The position numbers and the translations under genes are program-made. Under the pieces are notes generated by a model that saw only the letters and a program-made list of their open reading frames with translations, was not told where the DNA came from and did no database searches. Positions 11,157 to 24,533 of a stretch of 64,000 bases of DNA are shown here, piece by piece. The stretch's first letter is position 1, and each line of letters begins with the position of its first letter. Source of the stretch: Chlorokybus atmophyticus (taxonomy: Eukaryota; Plantae; Mesostigma and Chlorokybus algae); the NCBI GenBank assembly GCA_009103225.1, contig RHPI01002069.1, forward strand, positions 2,070,846 through 2,134,845. Reading direction: 5' to 3'.

Positions 11157-12962
11157 CTAGCAGGCTTGATAGTCCTGCTCCTTGTTCTCTTCCAATTGTG
11201 CCACGCGCGCCGTCAGGGCTGCCACTTGGTCAACAGCTGGTGGATTGGCTGGTGCCTTCACAGCAGCAGCTCCGGCGCGAGGACGTCCCTCAGGTCCTTT
11301 GTGGTGTGGAGGGTGGTTTTTCCCTCTGTAGCCAGCTTCTTCCTTGCGGGCCCCGGCGTTGTTGTTGTTGGGGTTGGGGTTGTGGCCACCAGCGTTGTTG
11401 CCGTTGTTGCGACCACCAGCATTGTTGCTGTTGTTGTAGCCGCCAGCGTGGTTGCTGTTGTTGTAGCCCCCGTTGTTGTTGTTGTTGTTGCCGCGGTAGC
11501 CAACAGCGTTGTTGCCGTTGTTGTAGCCATTAAAGGGCCGCAGCTCAGGGAACTTGAGCCAGCACACTGTCTGTAAGTGTCCCGTCTTGTGGCAGTAGTC
11601 GCACACAAGGTTGCCGTAATCTTCGGTGCACTTCTTTTGGTAGTGACCATGCCGACCACACCGATGGCACAGCACTGGAGCCACAACGGCAGCATAAGCT
11701 AACCATTTATCCTTGTTGTGGTTGCCTTGCGGCTCTTGGCTGCGGTCCCGCCGAAGGGGCTCTGCACTTGTGCCTGCCATAGGCCGCGAGGCACTGCGGT
11801 TGGTGTCCAGCACTGCTTTTTCATACACCGCGCGCTTATGTATGGCTTGTGCAGTCTCGAAAGCTTCCTTGAGGGTGTAGCCGAGGGGCCTGCTGTAGTT
11901 CAGCGTCAGGCGCGTCGACTCGCTCAGGGTGGGATCCAACTCGGCCACATACACCACTGCTGCCGCCTCCTCACTGACGATCTGGTAGTCAGTGTCTTCA
12001 AGCAACCCTTCCAACTGTGAATACAGTCGGAGAGGGTCCTCGTTGGGCTTCCGTCGAAAACGCCTCAACTCCTCCACCTTGCTGTTGGTTTGAGGTGGGA
12101 AGGTGCGCCGGAGTGCGGCGTAGAGGTCCTTCAACGGGGAGTCCGACATGGCAGCGCCCACCGTAAGCGCGGGTGCACGCAATGCCACTGAGCCGAGGGT
12201 GAAAACACTGCCACCCGCTGGAGCACGCGAGTTCGGTGTTGGTAGTAGGGGCATACCCATCTCCAATGCTGCAGCTTGCTGCTCCTCTTGTTGCTCCTTG
12301 ATGATGGCAGCGGTGCGGTTGAGTATCCTGATCCGGCGCTCGGCCTTCTTGACCTCGATCTCTGCAGGAGTCAACAAGGCCCCTACCACCTCAACTTCTT
12401 TTATTCTCTGCCTTCTCCATGGCTGCAGCTAGAGTGAGACCCGTGACCGAGGCTGGCGGGGCCGCTGCTACAGGGACAGTAGCCGATGGGCTATGCAGTG
12501 ACGTGGAGGCTATGGTGCTAGCCAACTCGCCATAGCCATCAATCTTATGCAACTCAGTGACGGACTTCCACACATCATGTGCTTCGTGATCAAGGTATTG
12601 AGCGGACACATGAAACGATACCTCATCTGTCAGTCCTTGCTCTTGAGGGCTTGCTGCCGCATCTTAGAGTGGAACTTGATGATGAACTCATCAAGTGAGG
12701 TGGTGCCAGGGCGTCCGGAGAAGCGTAGGGAGTTGGTTGAGCTGGACGGCTCCATCTCCTCGTCATCACTGTCCGACGGTGGTGGAGATGCTCGTTGTCG
12801 AGGAGTGGAGTGAGAGGAGGTGAAGCCGGAGCCGGGGCGTGGGCCTCTGCTGCTACGGTAATCGCTCCCTTCACTTGCGCGCTCGTAGGTAAAATTGGAG
12901 GTTGGGCTCCAGCTGTTGAGGTTCCCTTCTTCTATTGGCGAGAAAGGGGTGGGCCTGCTCAT
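11157..12962 (-). pseudogene. gypsy gag with two CCHC zinc knuckles and an Asn/Gly-rich tail (internal stops)
   Basis: ORFs 12630-12962, 12391-12609 and 11157-12389 are collinear. Motifs: FRRKPNEDPLRLYSQL, CHRCGRHGHYQKKC, CDYCHKTGHLQTVC. Confidence 0.85.
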
Positions 12963-13471
12963 ACAGCTGATGCGATGGTGAAAGTGGATGAAGGGTAGAG
13001 TGTTTGTGCTCTACAATGGAATCTCCAATGTTGCTATCACCCAACACACTAGCGCTTGTGCGCGCTATGCGATGACGGTGACAACAATGCACTGCGATGT
13101 AAACAACTACAGATTGCGCTGCTGATGTGCAGCCTGCAACTACACTCTTGCGCAAAGAGGGTGACACTGTGAGTCAACAAGCCACTACTATAGGTAGCGC
13201 TGTTTACACAGTTCTTTGCATGAGTGGAAGAGAGATTGTACTGTTAAGTGAGGTGAATGAGCAAGCAACACGTGGATGCTATGCCCTGACTGACGCCAAC
13301 AAGCACAACGCGACCAAGTACACCAAGCTCACAACAAGGACAAGCACAGTGCACAAGAGCATGCACAGGCTCTCACACGGTGAGGGGGTTTCTTTGGGAA
13401 CCGGGACGGCGTGTTTCGTAGTTCAAGTCGCTTCACAAGCTTTTAGCTTTCTCACTCACATCGTCACCAGC

Positions 13472-13885
13472 TGATCCAGTACACGGTGCCTACTTATACA
13501 AGTCAAATCATGACTGTTCAGAACATAAGCTAACGGTCATATCGAGGCTATTTTCAAAGAAATCCCCACTCGATATAGAACCCAACTTATAACTGAACTC
13601 ACAACTGAACAGCTACGCGCGGTGCCTATGTAGGCTATGGTCATGAGCTACTCTAGAGACATGACCTAGCTACTGGTCAGTGACGCACACGGGTCGCCAT
13701 GCTGGTAAGACGGGCGAGGGTCTCGCTGTAGCCATGCCCGATGAAGACTGGCATGCCCGGGCGATAGGCATGACAGGGGAGGCCCCATACCCCAAAGACA
13801 TGCCGCCACTACTCACCCTCGTTCTAAATAATCCACTCTACTATGTAACGCTAATTGATTACACGCGATAGTTACTGCGTCATCA
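13472..13885 (-). repeat. candidate 5' LTR of the gypsy element
   Basis: TGAT...ATCA termini. On the minus strand it is followed after 2 nt by a PBS-like TGGTGACGATG. Composition turns AT-rich after 13885. The partner LTR is outside the window, so this is unconfirmed. Confidence 0.4.
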
Positions 13886-14150
13886 AACATGGTCAACAGC
13901 CGAACGAATAATGCTGTTTATATTTGCTTTTTAAACAAAAAGTTAAAAAGCTTATGCATTTATCTTTCCTGTTTCATGGCCTGTTGCATCTACACGTTCA
14001 ATTAGTTCGTATTTAAAATGTGATGTATAATATCATGTCTTGTTATAGCGTATTTAACATTTCATTTGAATAATACATCATTTTGAAGTGTACTGAAATA
14101 ATGAAGTAGTTTATGTCACGCTCGTACAAATAGCTGGCGTAAAAAAAACA

Positions 14151-14240
14151 GATTAAGTGAGAATTTTCCATAGTCATGGTGTGCAGTATTTGGCATACGT
14201 GCTTATGAAGTTAGTCTTAGCGCACTTAATATGCATGGAC
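14151..14240. repeat. degenerate dispersed repeat, similar to 47774-47863
   Basis: gattaagtgagaattttccatagtcatggtgtg...gtgcttatgaagttagtcttagcgcacttaat aligns by eye with gattaaatgaggattttatatagtcatggtgta...gtgcttatgaagtgagttcttatgcacttaat. Confidence 0.6.
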
Positions 14241-15909
14241 ATTTTGACTACCATAGTCAACACATGCACCGCCTATTAGCAAGCATATGGCTAATCGATG
14301 TCATATGTTCGCACGTGTATGTATACGTGTACATATATGTGTAGATGAGTTCACAAGGCATATACCTATGAATGCATGGGTATGCATATGCCCGCGTGTG
14401 TATGCATATAAATGATAGCCTCGCCTTGTGTAATCAGCATTATATATCCAATAAGACCATAAACATCTAGTCATGTCCAAGGCTGATGTGTACTGTGTTG
14501 AAGGCATGAACGGTGTTCAAAGCCTCTAGACTGAAATGTGGCAGCTTTGAGGCAGGTTATGGTCAACGCAGCCATGACAAGGCAAGTAGCCTCGGATTTG
14601 ATGCTGTATGTCGGAGAGCAGCAATGAAGGAGTATATGAACGGCCTCAAGTGTTGAGGTAGCTCAGCCGATGCGTACTCGACTCTTATGTGTGTTGTGCC
14701 TAGTTTAATTGTTCAAGGGGCTCTCCCTCTCATCCCTTGTGGGGTTTTGTGTGCGTGGCAACCTTGCACGTGAGTGGGTTGTGCTTGAATGTGTATGATC
14801 CGAGTGAAGAGGCTGCTATGCATCCTCTCCATCTCAATGTGGTGCTGGTCATTCTTTCAGCATTAAGGTGCTGCATGGTGTACAAATAATGCGGATGGTA
14901 TATGTGCTGTGAAGAAGTGCTTGTGCGTGTGCACAAGTGTACAAAAGATGTTATGCCTCATAGGCTGCATGCAAGGGGTGTGATGCATCACCACACACAC
15001 AGTGACATTCACCCACCACATATAGCAAGCGTCATGTTATATATATGTTTCACTACCGGGCTATACTATCTACACTACTACTACACTACTCGCCTTCCCC
15101 GTTAGACACATACAAGCATGCAAGTGTCCCAGTCAGTCACCTGGACAACGGCGCAGGGTTAGCGGCCAGCCCTTGGACCTCAGCAGTAGCAGCAGCAGCA
15201 GCAGACCACAAGGACTCCCTTCCCTCCCCCCACACCGCCACCTCCGCCCTTGCTGCACTCGCCTACCATACACTGCAATTGCTGCCGCCAGGCAACCCTA
15301 ACCGCAACGTGCATTGCCTGAACGTTGCGGTTAGGGTTAGCTGGCATGCACCACGTCAGCATGACACTGCCTGTGCAGTCGAGGTCGTCGCTGTGTAGAA
15401 TCCACAAGCAGATAAGTGAGCGCCGCACATGGCATTTATGGCTTCATATTAGTCTGCGTGCACCATCAAATGCATACCGCAAACATTGTTATCAATCATT
15501 CAATTGTTGCATTTGGAACGATAACAACTCTGATCTGATGTCAGCACCTGATACCATTCTGCACGCTTGACACTTTTTGGCTGGATCTTGCATTTGACAA
15601 GATGTTTTGGTACCATGTACAAACAATGCGTAACGGAGTTGTGAGAAGGCACCATATTTATCCTCTAAGATCCATCTGATTGCTTTGCAGAGCTGGCTTC
15701 GACTGCTGCTGAAGGCACTGTTTATAATGTGCGATGACCACGCAACAAAGCGGTGGCTACCATGCCTATCAGGGCTTCGCTGCAGGCGTCTTCCTTCTAA
15801 GTATGACACTTGTTCAACAGGTGACGCACATGCACTCAACTCGGCAAGCAAGCAGCATGCCGGTGCAAACAATTAACAGCAAGCTTATCTTCCTCTGCTA
15901 CTCGGATTG

Positions 15910-18635
15910 CTATTGTCGAAAGCGCTGCAGCTGCTGCAGCTGCAACACTTGTTGCTGCTGTTGGGGAGGCAACAGCGCAATCTCCTGAGGAGTAAGCTTC
16001 ATGACCTGCAGGGAGACAAATGAAGTAGGTCTGCGCTACTGCTATAGTTACACTCGCGTGGGCGGCAACGGATTCGTACAGCATATTATCTTGCCTTGCA
16101 TGCATGTTTTAAACCTGCTCAACTACATACCTGCTCTAGCAGGGCTCTCTGTTGTGCATCGTCCTGTTTGCAACACAGCAGCTTCAAGTCAATGATGCAA
16201 TCTCAGAGCATAGGATGCACACATAATGCACACAAAAAAACAAGACTGGCAGGTCTTCCCATAGTAATCAATGATAAGAAGTGCAAATGGTTAGTAGGTA
16301 CACTATGATTGAGGAGGGGGGGGGGGGNNNNNNNNNNNNNNNNNNNNNNNNNNNNNNNNNNNNNNNNNNNNNNNNNNNNNNNNNNNNNNNNNNNNNNNNN
16401 NNNNNNNNNNNNNNNNNNNNNNNNNNNNNNNNNNNNNNNNNNNNNNNNNNNNNNNNNNNNNNNNNNNNNNNNNNNNNNNNNNNNNNNGATGCAACCATGC
16501 TAGCACTGTGCACGAACAATGCCTGCCTTGTGCTTGCCAACCAGGCAAATACATTCTAGCTACCTGCTTGTGAGGCATCGGCTGTGTGGGCCTTTGTTGT
16601 GGTGGCAGAGGAGGTGGAGCTCCATACCCAGGACCATGAAGTGCGGGAGGCATGCCAGGCATGCCAGGCGGCATAGCAGGTCGGGCCAATGGTATGCTGC
16701 CAGCCTGTAGATATATTACTCAGCTTTGAAGAAGCTATGGAGAACAATGCCACAAGACAAGGAAGATGAAGGCAATGCGATGTTCCCGCGAATGAATTCA
16801 ACACAAACCGGATAGGATGGTGGAGCCGGTGGCTGCATGCCATAAGGCAGGGGTTGCTGTGCTGGTGCAGATGAAGGTGGTGCAGAGGGCCTCACATGGC
16901 CCTAGACAAAACAAAGGGATCAACAACAATGCACACAGCATTTGACCTAAGCCAACAACAGCAACGCTTGCAACACGTTGGATGCTGGTACGGGTGCAGA
17001 TAACCATCCGTGTGCATCACCTCCTTGCATAAGAGTATGGCAAACCAGCACTGCCATGCAAAAGACAGCCTGCGCAAGCCAACCTGTTGAGTTGGGGGTG
17101 GTGCTGCTGATGGCATTAGCTGAGGCTGTTGCGGTTGCTGCGGTGCAGGTAGCTGAGGCACTGGTTGTGGCGGCGGCGTGCGCGGGCCTTGCTGCAGACA
17201 ACCATCATTCGCAAGTAAAACACACAGAGCAACAAACTACACGAAAGGATGCACAGACTGTGAACTTGCGACATGACCCCACCTGTGCAGGCCGCACCAT
17301 TCCCAGCATAATTTGTGCCTGACAATGCAGGCATACAGTCAGCTCAACGTCCTTGAGTGCAATAAGCGACAAGTAGTCAATATAACTTGCAAGATTGCGT
17401 AGAGCACCTGAAATAGCGCTTTGGTTAACTGAGGATTCTGGACGAGGATGCTGCGAGCGCCTTGCTGGTTTTGCATTATCAAGCCCTACGCAACAACCGT
17501 AAGTTGAGCACACATTTGCCGCAGAAGGCACAACTTGCATTGCATTGCCATTTTGATTGAAGCTTTCTTTCATCGCCAAAGCCATGTCGTCCAAGCCTGG
17601 GATGTACGAAGCAACCAACCTTTAGTTGATTCATAATCTCCCAAAGCTCGGTTTTGGTCATGTTGGCCAGTGTGTTGGTTATTGCATCACTACCGGTGGG
17701 CTCTGCTGCGGCCGAGCCGTTTACTGGAGGGTTGCCATTCATGAAGGGAGGCGGTGCACCTCCTAGTGCTGTGGCCACAGCAGCAGCGGCCGCTCCAGCA
17801 ACGACATGGCCGATCACAGGTGCTGTGGGTTGAGGAGCAGTGCTTGGTGCTGATAGCCGCTGCGGGTCTGCAAGTGCGAGAAAACACTTGCTGCCATGGT
17901 CTGTGTGCCAGACAATGCAAGACCGGCAATGCAGCATGCCAGATCCAGTAATCCTGTAACAGAACGCTAGCTTGTGCATACCTCGTGAGCCTCCCTGCAC
18001 ATAAAGCGCAATGTCAGTACCTCAAAAGCGTGTTGTTGACACCAGTTTGCCCACGTTTATTGTGAAGCTAAGCCTTGGCATGGCCTACCGGTGCCTTTGC
18101 AGGGTCGTTGTCAGCGTAATCTACTCTTAAGCTTCGCCCGTTGAACTCGAAGCCATTCAGATTTCGTCGCGCGCTTTGTGCAGTTTCTTCGTCATGGTAC
18201 TCTGCAAACCCAAAGCCCTTGGGTTTCCCTGTGTCTCGGTCCGACACCATGCTATGAAACGCAAAGGCATAAGGTGCAAGTCGCAATGCAGGGCTTGTGA
18301 CCATGCATTCTCAATGAAATAAGGAGTTCGCTCCTTCCAGCGCAATTCTGTTCAAGCGTACATAACCATAGCACACTGCATTACAGCATGCAGGTTGCGT
18401 AGGCTACAGTTTCCATGCGTAGAAAGCAAGTCCTGTGTAGCAACGACAGAGCTGGTACATCCGGTTGTGTGCATACAAGAAAGTGACCACATGCATGAAA
18501 GCGCTATATGCGGACGTACCGGAAAGCAACAACTGGGCCCACTTGGCTCAAAATCTCAACAATGTCTTCCTCGGACGCATCAAAGGGGATGTTCCCAACA
18601 AAGACAGAACGCGCAGCGCGGTTATTCTGCGCCAT
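15910..18635 (-). CDS. CSTF64: cleavage stimulation factor 64 kDa subunit (RRM, hinge, C-terminal domain), multi-exon, contains an N gap
   Basis: RRM exons [14 protein letters not shown] and [15 protein letters not shown]. Hinge exons [39 protein letters not shown] and AQIMLGMV. C-terminal [29 protein letters not shown] boundaries. Confidence 0.93.
16328..16487. other. assembly gap next to a poly-G run (others at 27933-27955 and 63351-63716)
   Basis: Runs of N, each abutting a G homopolymer. Confidence 0.99.
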
Positions 18636-18900
18636 GCTTGCAATCAGCACAAGCGGCACCCTGTCAGCCCTTATGCCTTGTAAACCAGGCGCCAATGCAG
18701 CCCTACAAGCTGCTCACTTCGTGCAGGGCGCCTAACCATCAGCATTGCAGCTGCATCAACCGGGTGACCAGCTCAACGCCACATGCAGCACTTAGCTCTC
18801 AACAAGACCAACACAATGACAGTCGTGGCGTCGTCGTCTCCCAATCGCTCATGCCGGCGGCGACGTCGCCAACAACCTCCTCCGCCTCAGCGCCCCGACA

Positions 18901-18909
18901 AACCCTAAC
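18901..18909 (+). promoter_or_regulatory. telo-box AAACCCTAA in the CstF-64/UBP23 divergent intergenic region
   Basis: Exact match to the plant telo-box; function not shown. Confidence 0.35.
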
Positions 18910-19576
18910 ATGCAGCAAAGCCCTAATTTTCAATTGTACGCACTTCTTGTGCTGCGTGCTAGTGCGTCGCGCACAAGAAGCTATTTTTGCGGGCCTAGGC
19001 TAGGCCGCCTAGCAGCCAGGCCCTAGCTGCCACGCGAGAACCCCAGAACTCAAATACCAATTGCCCCGAACCCGCGCCCATCAAACCTATTAAACCACCA
19101 AATATCTCTGCAAACCAGCTTTTGAAACATTAACCTAAGCTCGCTGAGGAAAGTGTTTCGAGGTACCCTCAAATCTCCGTTGCTCGTTTCCAGGTGGCGG
19201 CGGCCGCGGCCGCGCAGGTGGCGGCGGCGGCGGCGGGATGGTGTAGGCGGCGGTGTGCACACAGACGCTTTTGGTGTGTTGAGGGTATAGGTTACACATA
19301 CACGTCTTTCAGGCATGATGAATAACAAGGGTGGCTGCTGAGCTTGACTGTGCTGCTGGCCGCCGGCGAAGTGTGCTCTGCTGCAGCAGACGTTGAGCTG
19401 CTTGAGCTGTGTATGCTCTGACCAGCACATAGCGAGGCTGGAGGCCTAGCATGCCAGCGAAGTGTCTCTGCTGCATGCAAAGCTTGTCAAGTGTACAGTA
19501 GGCTGCATGACCGTGGAGTGTGAGTCGCCTCCAGCTTAGGGAGGCAGCTTGTTAGGTCAGTCCCGTCGTAGTAAAC

Positions 19577-22500
19577 ATGGCGCCAGGCATGTTGGCAGCT
19601 CTGTCGGCGCCATCTGAGGTGTTGCCTCGTCGAATTGACTTCTTGCCAGCCAGAAAACCAGACCCGCAAGCTTATGCTGCTGCAGGCCTTGTGCCATTGA
19701 ACGCACCATCCTCAACCCCTGCAGGTAACGTGCTATCAGTGGCATCAGGAGTGCTGTCACGCGAGGTTACTTAGTTGTAACCAGCATGTCATCAAAATGT
19801 ATGCTCATTGACAAACAGTGTCTTTGAGCCGCTCTACACACATGCTCAGTAAAACTCTATCCAGCTGGGACATGGGACGCAGTGTTTTCGTACATTTCGT
19901 ACGACAACAACTTGACTTGCAGCCACGCTTGGTTTTATCACATGCTATAGTAGTGCTTAACCCCTCCCCCCCCCGTCCGGAGGGGGCGGCGGGGGGGGGG
20001 GGAGACCCTCGGCATACACTTTGGCACAACTTGACAAGCTGAAGTCGCATGTCTTTGGGATGGCTTCGCTTAAGACTACCTTTCTATATCGGGTGTAAAG
20101 GCATTCCTTACTAGTGGTATGACAGGTTGCCAGTGCTACTCACCAGCAATAGCGTTTCCGTTTTGGCTCCATGGTGTGAAGATTGTTGCAACAGTTGTCG
20201 TGTGGCTGTATGTTTCATATGCTACGATTGAGGCATTGAAGCAAGCAAACACACACAAAGCCTATGTGCTACACCTCAATTGAAGTTCATAAATTGCGCA
20301 ACTGTAACAACAATGATGCTTACTTGGGTTGTGGCATGATGATAAGTGTGGCTTGCAGGTTTCAGCGGTCGGAAGCAAGCAACAGAGCTTGCTAATGGTC
20401 AGCATGGAGACGGGTTGTTCAGTGACTCAGACTTGCAGCTGGCTTGGCCACAGCCACGCAAAGTGGTAAGCAGTGGGTCTTGTACGTGTGCTGCAGAGTT
20501 GGTATTGGTATCGTTAGAGCCACCCCCCAGCCCCCCACCCCCACCCACACACACACCATTACCACCACAACAAAGTTTGTTGTGTTATGTTATGCTGCAG
20601 TATGTGACAGCAGCTCGCCTTACGTGCAGGGTGCAGGGCTCATCAATCTGGGCAACACCTGTTTTATGAACGCTGTGTTGCAGTGTCTCTCTTACACAGC
20701 ACCGGTTGCAAACTTCTGTCTTGCTGGAAGTCATCACCGCCAATGTACGTTTCCACCACCACCCCTCCCTCTCTTGAACCGGAGCTCACACACTTCGCGT
20801 CAATCGCATGGTTGTTATGTTACATTTGGGGCCGTGCAGCAAGTATAACAACATGTTTGTGTGACAGGCAGGATGACTGGATTTTGTGCATTCTGTGCTT
20901 TTGAAGACCATGTCAATGCCGTATTCAAGCAGGGCGGAGCAATAGCTCCAAGAAACCTACTAAAGTGCCTGCGCAGTATCTGCCAACACTACGTTACTGT
21001 TTTTGTGCGTGTGTCTGTGCGTGTTCTGCAGCGATGGTAACTAGCTCATGGTACTGCGTGCTACTGTTGAAAACCTTGACCCCCTGCGCATAGACATTGC
21101 AAAGTCGTTTCGCCCTGGTCGCCAAGAAGACTCTCATGAGTACGCGCGCTACTTGATTGAAGCGCTGCATAAGGCATGTTTGCCACCCGGCAAGAAGGTT
21201 TCCCAACAAGTTGCAGAGACCACATTCGTACATCGCGTTTTTGGTGGCAGGCTGCAGAGTCAGGTCAGTAATTGTTGGCAATGGGATTGATGTGTATACT
21301 TGTTCATGCTGTTGCACTCGCATGTGGCTCATGGCTCATGGCTCAAAGCTATGCGACATCATGTTGTTCCCGCAGGTGAAGTGTATGGTGTGCCACCATG
21401 AGAGCAATACTTTGGATCCCTTCTTAGATCTGAGCCTTGAGATAGCCAAGGTTGACAGTCTGGTCAAAGCGCTGCAAAAGTTTACCAGCCCAGAAACCCT
21501 TGATGGCAGCAATCGGTATAAGTGTTTAAGGTGAGGAAGTTGGCGGGAGTTGTGGTTGCAGCATGTGTTCTGCAAGGCGTTTGCAAGTGTCAAACTCTAA
21601 TGTCAAACTCTAATGTCAAACTTTGCATTGGCGTGGAGACTGTGTACAAGCAACAATCATCTCATGGCAGCAGTTAAATACTGTCAAGATTGCTGGCATC
21701 TGAAGAAAAGCTGGCATTTGAAGAAAAGCTGTTTCGTTCTGTGGTGCAGGTGTCAAAAGCCTGTTAGAGCCGTAAAGCGCTTTTCTGTGGACTGCGCACC
21801 CAACATATTGACCATCCAGTTCAAGCGCTTTGATCCTGCCGGTGGCAAAATGGACAGACACGTTGCATTTGGTGAACGCCTAAATATCAGACCATACATG
21901 AGGACATCGCAGGGCGGTCCGCTGGAGTACGAGCTGTACGCAGTCCTCGTGCACGCAGGCCGTAGCACGCATTCAGGGCACTATTATTGCTTTGCCAAGA
22001 GCCCCTCGGGGATGTGGTACTCCATGGATGATAGCAGGGTATGTGTGTTGCATGCGGGATGATGCATGTGCCCTTCAGCTAAGATTGGGTTCCTTGGTCG
22101 CCTGTGCTGTACCAAATGACATGTTCTTAAAGCCGGCAGCAGCACACATCTTCTCTCGAGTGAAGCTGGACATGTTGTGCTGCACAGGTGTCGCTGGTCA
22201 GCCAGTCAACTGTCTTGCAACAGCGTGCGTACATACTGTTTTACACGCGACGGCAAGCTGATAAAGTGCAGCAAGCTGCACCTGCGAAGACACCCGTTGC
22301 GCCAGCTGCGCCACAGCCAACGCCATTGTTCAAGACACCATTGGCACCACTTTCATCACAGGCAGCGAATGTGTCTCTTAAGAACCCGTTGGCAAAATCC
22401 ACAGCACAGCTACCACAGCCACCATCAGCAAGTGGTGACAAGGCTCAAGCAGCCGCTCCTGCTGCTAACGGGCACACCAAAGCAAATCCAGCAGTAGCAA

Positions 22501-23625
22501 TAGCGCTGCAGGTAATGTGCAATAAGCCAGGTTATATTAATCCTGGTGTAAGGTATCTGTCATTGTTGTTGCTGAACTCTTGTTCTTCTTCCAGGCGAAT
22601 GGGCATGCACTGCCCAATGGCAAGCACTCAGGCCCAGCACCAACCTCGTCGGAGTCATCCGAGGGAGATGACGTGCATGTACAACAACCTGCTCCTACCA
22701 GCTTTTCATCCCCGCCCCAGAGTGTTGTGGAAGAAGTTGCAGCTATCCCTTCCACGAGCCAACAAGAACCGACTGATCAGTAAGTTCATGACATGCGCAG
22801 TAACGGTTGCTTGCTGACAGGATTGGTGCCATGTCTGTGGCAACTGACCAACCTGTTGCTCGGGTGTCACACAACAGACTTGACGCCCACTGCGGTCTCG
22901 ACAGCATCCTTTGGCAAATCCCACGCATTCGCCGTTTCTTCGTCTCACTGGCGACTTGCACCGATAACACGCACAGTCACTCTGATGCACATGAAACGAA
23001 GCTGGCCACACCATTGCGTTCACAAGCTCGACAGAAGATTGACTCCCTGCAGAATGGTGTTCACGCTAAGGACGCTAGTGACAGGGTAATACCACTCAGC
23101 TCAGATATGGCAACTGTGCCAAGCCGAAGCGATGATGATGCGAGTGATAGCGAAAGTGAGCAACGTGAAAGCAGTGACGAGAATGCAAGTGACAGCGAAA
23201 GCAAGCAGCCTCGAGCTGCTGATGAGGCACAACGCATGCACACTTCTCTGCCTTTCCAGTTGCCTGATGAGCACGGGCAGTTTGGAGGCGGCGTGAGTCA
23301 GTGGGACAACGCAAACGGGGGGGATGAGCTCCGGCACCATCACCAAGCACAGGGCCACGTACTAGGGATCAAGCCCCGCAAGCAGCGGGACGCGTGGGAC
23401 GAGGAGTACGACCGCGGACATGTGAAGAAGCTGAAGCGCTCCAGTGTCGCACTCATGGCCAGCGATGACGGACCCAACCCGTTCCAAGAGTTCTCACAAG
23501 CCAAAGTTGGGGGTGGCTCACGCGACCAACGCAAACAATCCTCTCGGAGGGGTGGAAAGGGTGGCTCGGGTGGGAGGGGCGGTCGGGGGAGGGGAGGGGG
23601 AGGGGGTCGCTTCAAGAAGCGTTGA
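19577..23625 (+). CDS. UBP23: ubiquitin-specific protease, UBP23/USP36/USP42 type, multi-exon
   Basis: N-terminal [11 protein letters not shown]. Cys box [45 protein letters not shown]. His box [31 protein letters not shown]-terminal [12 protein letters not shown]...PNPFQ. Confidence 0.9.
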
Positions 23626-24533
23626 TTGCACGGTAGTCTATGTGTCCTTGCGTACAATATGATGTTGCACAGTCGGCTTCACCACTAAGCTGGTAGGTAC
23701 AGCAAACCTGCTGTGCCAACGCCGTATTTATTCCGTACATTCCCTTAACGTGTCAGCTGGTTTAGCAAGATAGTTGAAGCTTCACAATGTCCAGCACTCT
23801 CGAAAGTGTCATGTACTCCTCGCATTGTAGGTTCACCTTCTCAAAGACAGTTCTTGTATGTTTTACTGTTTTTATGCATAGCGTTACAATGGATGGCTGT
23901 AGCACAGCAGGGGGACCCACTAGGCTTGGCTAAGTACCCTGTTTCTGGCAGTCCCAGTGCAACGCCATCTAATTGCACAAACATATAGGAATTGCCAGGG
24001 GTGATGTAGTGCTGTTGTGCTGTAGTAACAGCGCTCTAGCCAAACCTTGTGCATTGCCTTGCAAAGTTGATAAACATGTCCAAAGGCATGTGTGCCTTCA
24101 CTAAAAGTCATAATGCAGATAATGCTGGGAACACGCAGACTAATGTATACGGTACATTGCAAATAACATCGAACGTGTATTATAAAGCATGGTGTGTTGG
24201 CATTTCTGCAGGCTGGTCTCTATCCATGTCATGCAATCTCTTCAACACTGGGCAGATATGGGCCACAACGCCTAGCAGCTCATGTCAGATTATGTAAACA
24301 TCCTGACAGATCAGCAGCAGAAAGACACTAGCAAGTTGACCATCCAGTACCAAGTTGACAGAATTAGATACCAATTTCGCGGCCTCCCACCTCCAGGCAG
24401 GCACACAAACTGTATGTGGTATGAGACAAGCATCTGCTGCGAGGTCGACTGTACACGGCAACCCCTCAGCACACAACCATCACAATACTATACTATAAAC
24501 CCACCCACCCCTCCCAACAGCTACAGACACCCG

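Larger units (their letters stand above)
1..13885 (-). mobile_element. Ty3/gypsy LTR retrotransposon, degenerate, DNMT-carrying; interrupted by a copia element at 5116-10036; runs off the left edge
   Basis: Minus-strand order: gag with two CCHC knuckles (11157-12962), protease (VMLDTGA), C5-MTase, RT (RMCGDYRPLN, YIDDILIFS), RNase H (PFILHTD, LITDHQPLKWL), integrase Zn finger (LHTELGHFG...CQQC, 1-260). RT-RH-INT order is gypsy-type. The right boundary rests on a candidate LTR only. Confidence 0.92.

Noticed and set aside
10426-11160. Long plus-strand ORFs antisense to TE and host coding regions (e.g. 10426-11160, 25878-26377, 52985-53666)
   Set aside because: They mirror GC-rich or low-complexity coding and UTR sequence on the other strand and show no domain motifs or splice logic.
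14496-14570. TGTTGAAGG followed by GGTTATGG as another copia LTR and PBS
   Set aside because: Only 9 bp match the LTR end, there is no matching terminus or TSD, and the PBS match is incomplete.
15294-15345. Hairpin as a Helitron 3' end
   Set aside because: No CTRR terminus at the expected distance on either strand and no Helitron coding sequence nearby.
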